Shown piece by piece: positions 62,301-64,000 of a DNA stretch of 64,000 nucleotides. Source of the stretch: Phoronis australis (Eukaryota > Animalia > Phoronida); assembly GCA_002633005.1 (NCBI GenBank), contig NMRA01000026.1, positions 907,432 through 971,431 of the forward strand, read 5' to 3'. Under the pieces are notes generated by a model. The model had not been told where the DNA came from and searched no databases. It worked only from the letters and a program-made list of their open reading frames with translations. The position numbers and the translations under genes are program-made. How positions within the stretch are numbered: position 1 is the stretch's first letter; every line of letters starts with the position of its first letter.

Positions 62301-63613
62301 GTCGAAGCAGAGGAGATGTGGTGGGTTTTTAAGGACATGTGGGACCTCGTAGACGTGTCGGTATATTTTACCAAATATCTAGAAAATTATAAATTTTAAC
62401 TAGTAGCATTTGATTTTTGACTTTATATTTTTCGAAAGGCATACCAGGTAGGTGGTCTTAAGTCTTGGGCGTACTTCAATTTAAATGTGCATAATTTTCA
62501 AAGCGCTTATTTAAGCAAGCACTGTTCCAAAGCAAGATTCTGATTCTTGTTCTTCTTCTTATTATTATTATATACTTTCCAGGTATTCGTTCAGTGAGTT
62601 TCAACGAGAACGTTGTTACTATTGGTACAGGTGCGGGCGCGGTGCTGTTCCATGACATCAGGGCGCGTAAATACCTAGAGTGCAGCTGCGGACATGCCTG
62701 TATGCTCACCGCTGGCAAGGGATGGCTGGTCAGTTAGTTATAATAACGTTTCAGTGGCTGTGGCTTATTCAAGTACGGCCAATTGAATGTAAAGTGATTT
62801 TTGATGAGTGGCAAACCATTAGTTTAAATGAATAAATAAAACAAATATACAGAGCAGCAATGGTACAGTAATTCTTCAGTTCAGTCTATGTGTAAAGCAG
62901 TCTCAACACAAAGGTCTTTTTCTAGATCAAACAATTTTAAGTCTTAAGAAGGCACGGGAGAATTAACAAACTTATTTTGCAAAATCAAAGTTCATAAAGC
63001 TATGTGTTTGTTGACATTTTCCCACTTCAGGCTGATTGCGGATGAGTTGAACTTTTTTTAAAGCCATGTACTGGTATTAACTTTCTGCATGTATGTATCT
63101 TACATTTCAAGGCAGTGTCATCGCATTACTTTCTTTACAATAAATCACCTGGAATTCCCTGATGACCAACTGCTTTGAAATCACCGTGCTGTGACCGGAA
63201 GCAATTTAATGGGCCTAGTCTGAAGCAGGAGTAGTCAGTTCCTCTCAAGGCTGGAAATCATTTCAAATCTGAGGAAAGAACTAAATAAGCCATGTTTAAT
63301 GTTGGGTTTTGACAGAGGATGCTTGTTTATTGCCCCAGCCTTCAAATTCAAACATTTGTTGAGTGGCAACAAAGTTCCCAATCTCGATCGATGTACAAGA
63401 AATTTTCCAACAGTTTGAATTTTTTGGATTGTTGACGATTTTGTCTTGTTTGGACAGCTCCATGACGACACCTATCGGGACTTTTTCACCGACCAAGAGT
63501 ACCCCAACGCCATCTACACGCACTGCTACGACGAGTCAGGCACCAAGCTGTTCACAGCTGGAGGTCCACTGCCGGCGGGACTCTGGGGAAATTATGGTGC
63601 AGTGTGGCAGTGA
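56322..63613 (+). CDS. DCAF12: DDB1- and CUL4-associated factor 12 (WD40 CRL4 substrate receptor)
   Basis: Exons 56322-56630 ([23 protein letters not shown]), 59362-59568 ([19 protein letters not shown]...[15 protein letters not shown]), [one exon not found], 61335-61507 (GSRD...KVRALA), 62098-62320, 62583-62728 and 63458-63613 ([33 protein letters not shown]). Confidence 0.93.
56822..57294. mobile_element. hAT-type MITE
   Basis: TIR caggcctttat / ataaaggcctg with a perfect 8-bp TSD atggtggc (56814-56821, 57295-57302). Confidence 0.9.
57525..59084 (+). mobile_element. Helentron-associated non-autonomous element (HINE/DINE-1-like) with internal satellite array
   Basis: T-rich insertion site, 11-bp subterminal inverted repeat atgcgcccaca / tgtgggcgcat, 5' inverted repeat, (gtcc)n microsatellite, central monomers of about 150 bp in a 452-bp trimer, and 3' stem-loop caacgc-tct-gcgttg followed by ctcttgtt. 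Confidence 0.85.
61836..62142 (+). repeat. Five 63-bp tandem copies of a DCAF12 intron/exon junction
   Basis: AG acceptors end at 61845, 61908, 61971, 62034 and 62097. gtatttgtag/gagattggtg is identical in the last four. Confidence 0.92.
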
Positions 63614-64000
63614 CCCTGTGAAAACTTGATGAAAATAATTATGGTAGTGTTGACCTTTGACACAGAGTTCACGCCGTGTGATTGGATGGTTAGTAACACC
63701 ATGTGTGATTGAGTGAACATATGTCTGCTGTGCGGAATTGAATACCATGCTTTGCTTTCTGTTTTGATGTCCTCTGGATGGAGTTTGTCTAACAGAAGTG
63801 CCATAAATACTCGTTCATTTTTTTAAAGTTAGGCTTCAAAGATGGGAGTTATATAACTGAGGCAAAATACGTATAGTTTCAGGCTGGAGAGGGTTGTTAT
63901 GTTATTACTGTGGTAGTCATATATTGATATACATTGTACACATTAAGTGCTTATGGCGCGTCTCTTTAACATCTCGTAGTGACATCACTGCCGGGAACTG

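Overview
Intron-rich, AT-rich eukaryotic DNA from an invertebrate animal (lophotrochozoan or mollusc-like; this is an inference). Five protein-coding genes were reconstructed by hand from GT-AG exons with consistent phases: an orphan low-complexity protein (-), cyclin B (-), a coiled-coil/RWD protein resembling the kinetochore Zwint family (+, head-to-head with cyclin B), mitochondrial DNA polymerase gamma POLG (-, 20 coding exons), and DCAF12 (+, head-to-head with POLG, one exon missing near an N gap). Introns and intergenic DNA hold a split L1/Tx1-type LINE, a 5'-truncated Penelope-like element with an intact frame, several MITEs (Kolobok-, Harbinger-, hAT- and Tc1-like) and a Helentron-associated element. 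The most unusual signals are: (1) tandem arrays built from splice sites themselves, above all five 63-bp copies of a DCAF12 3' splice junction, where every upstream copy is an in-frame 'poison' acceptor; (2) a Helentron-type element carrying a phased, co-oriented array of CTCF-like motifs; (3) a near-perfect hairpin with arms of about 262 bp next to the POLG/DCAF12 promoter; (4) a vertebrate-style CCAAT/CHR bidirectional mitotic promoter and a CPE/Pumilio 3'UTR code on cyclin B; (5) a duplicated cyclin B segment that is probably two haplotypes joined at an N. No database searches were run. Family calls rest on recognised motifs.
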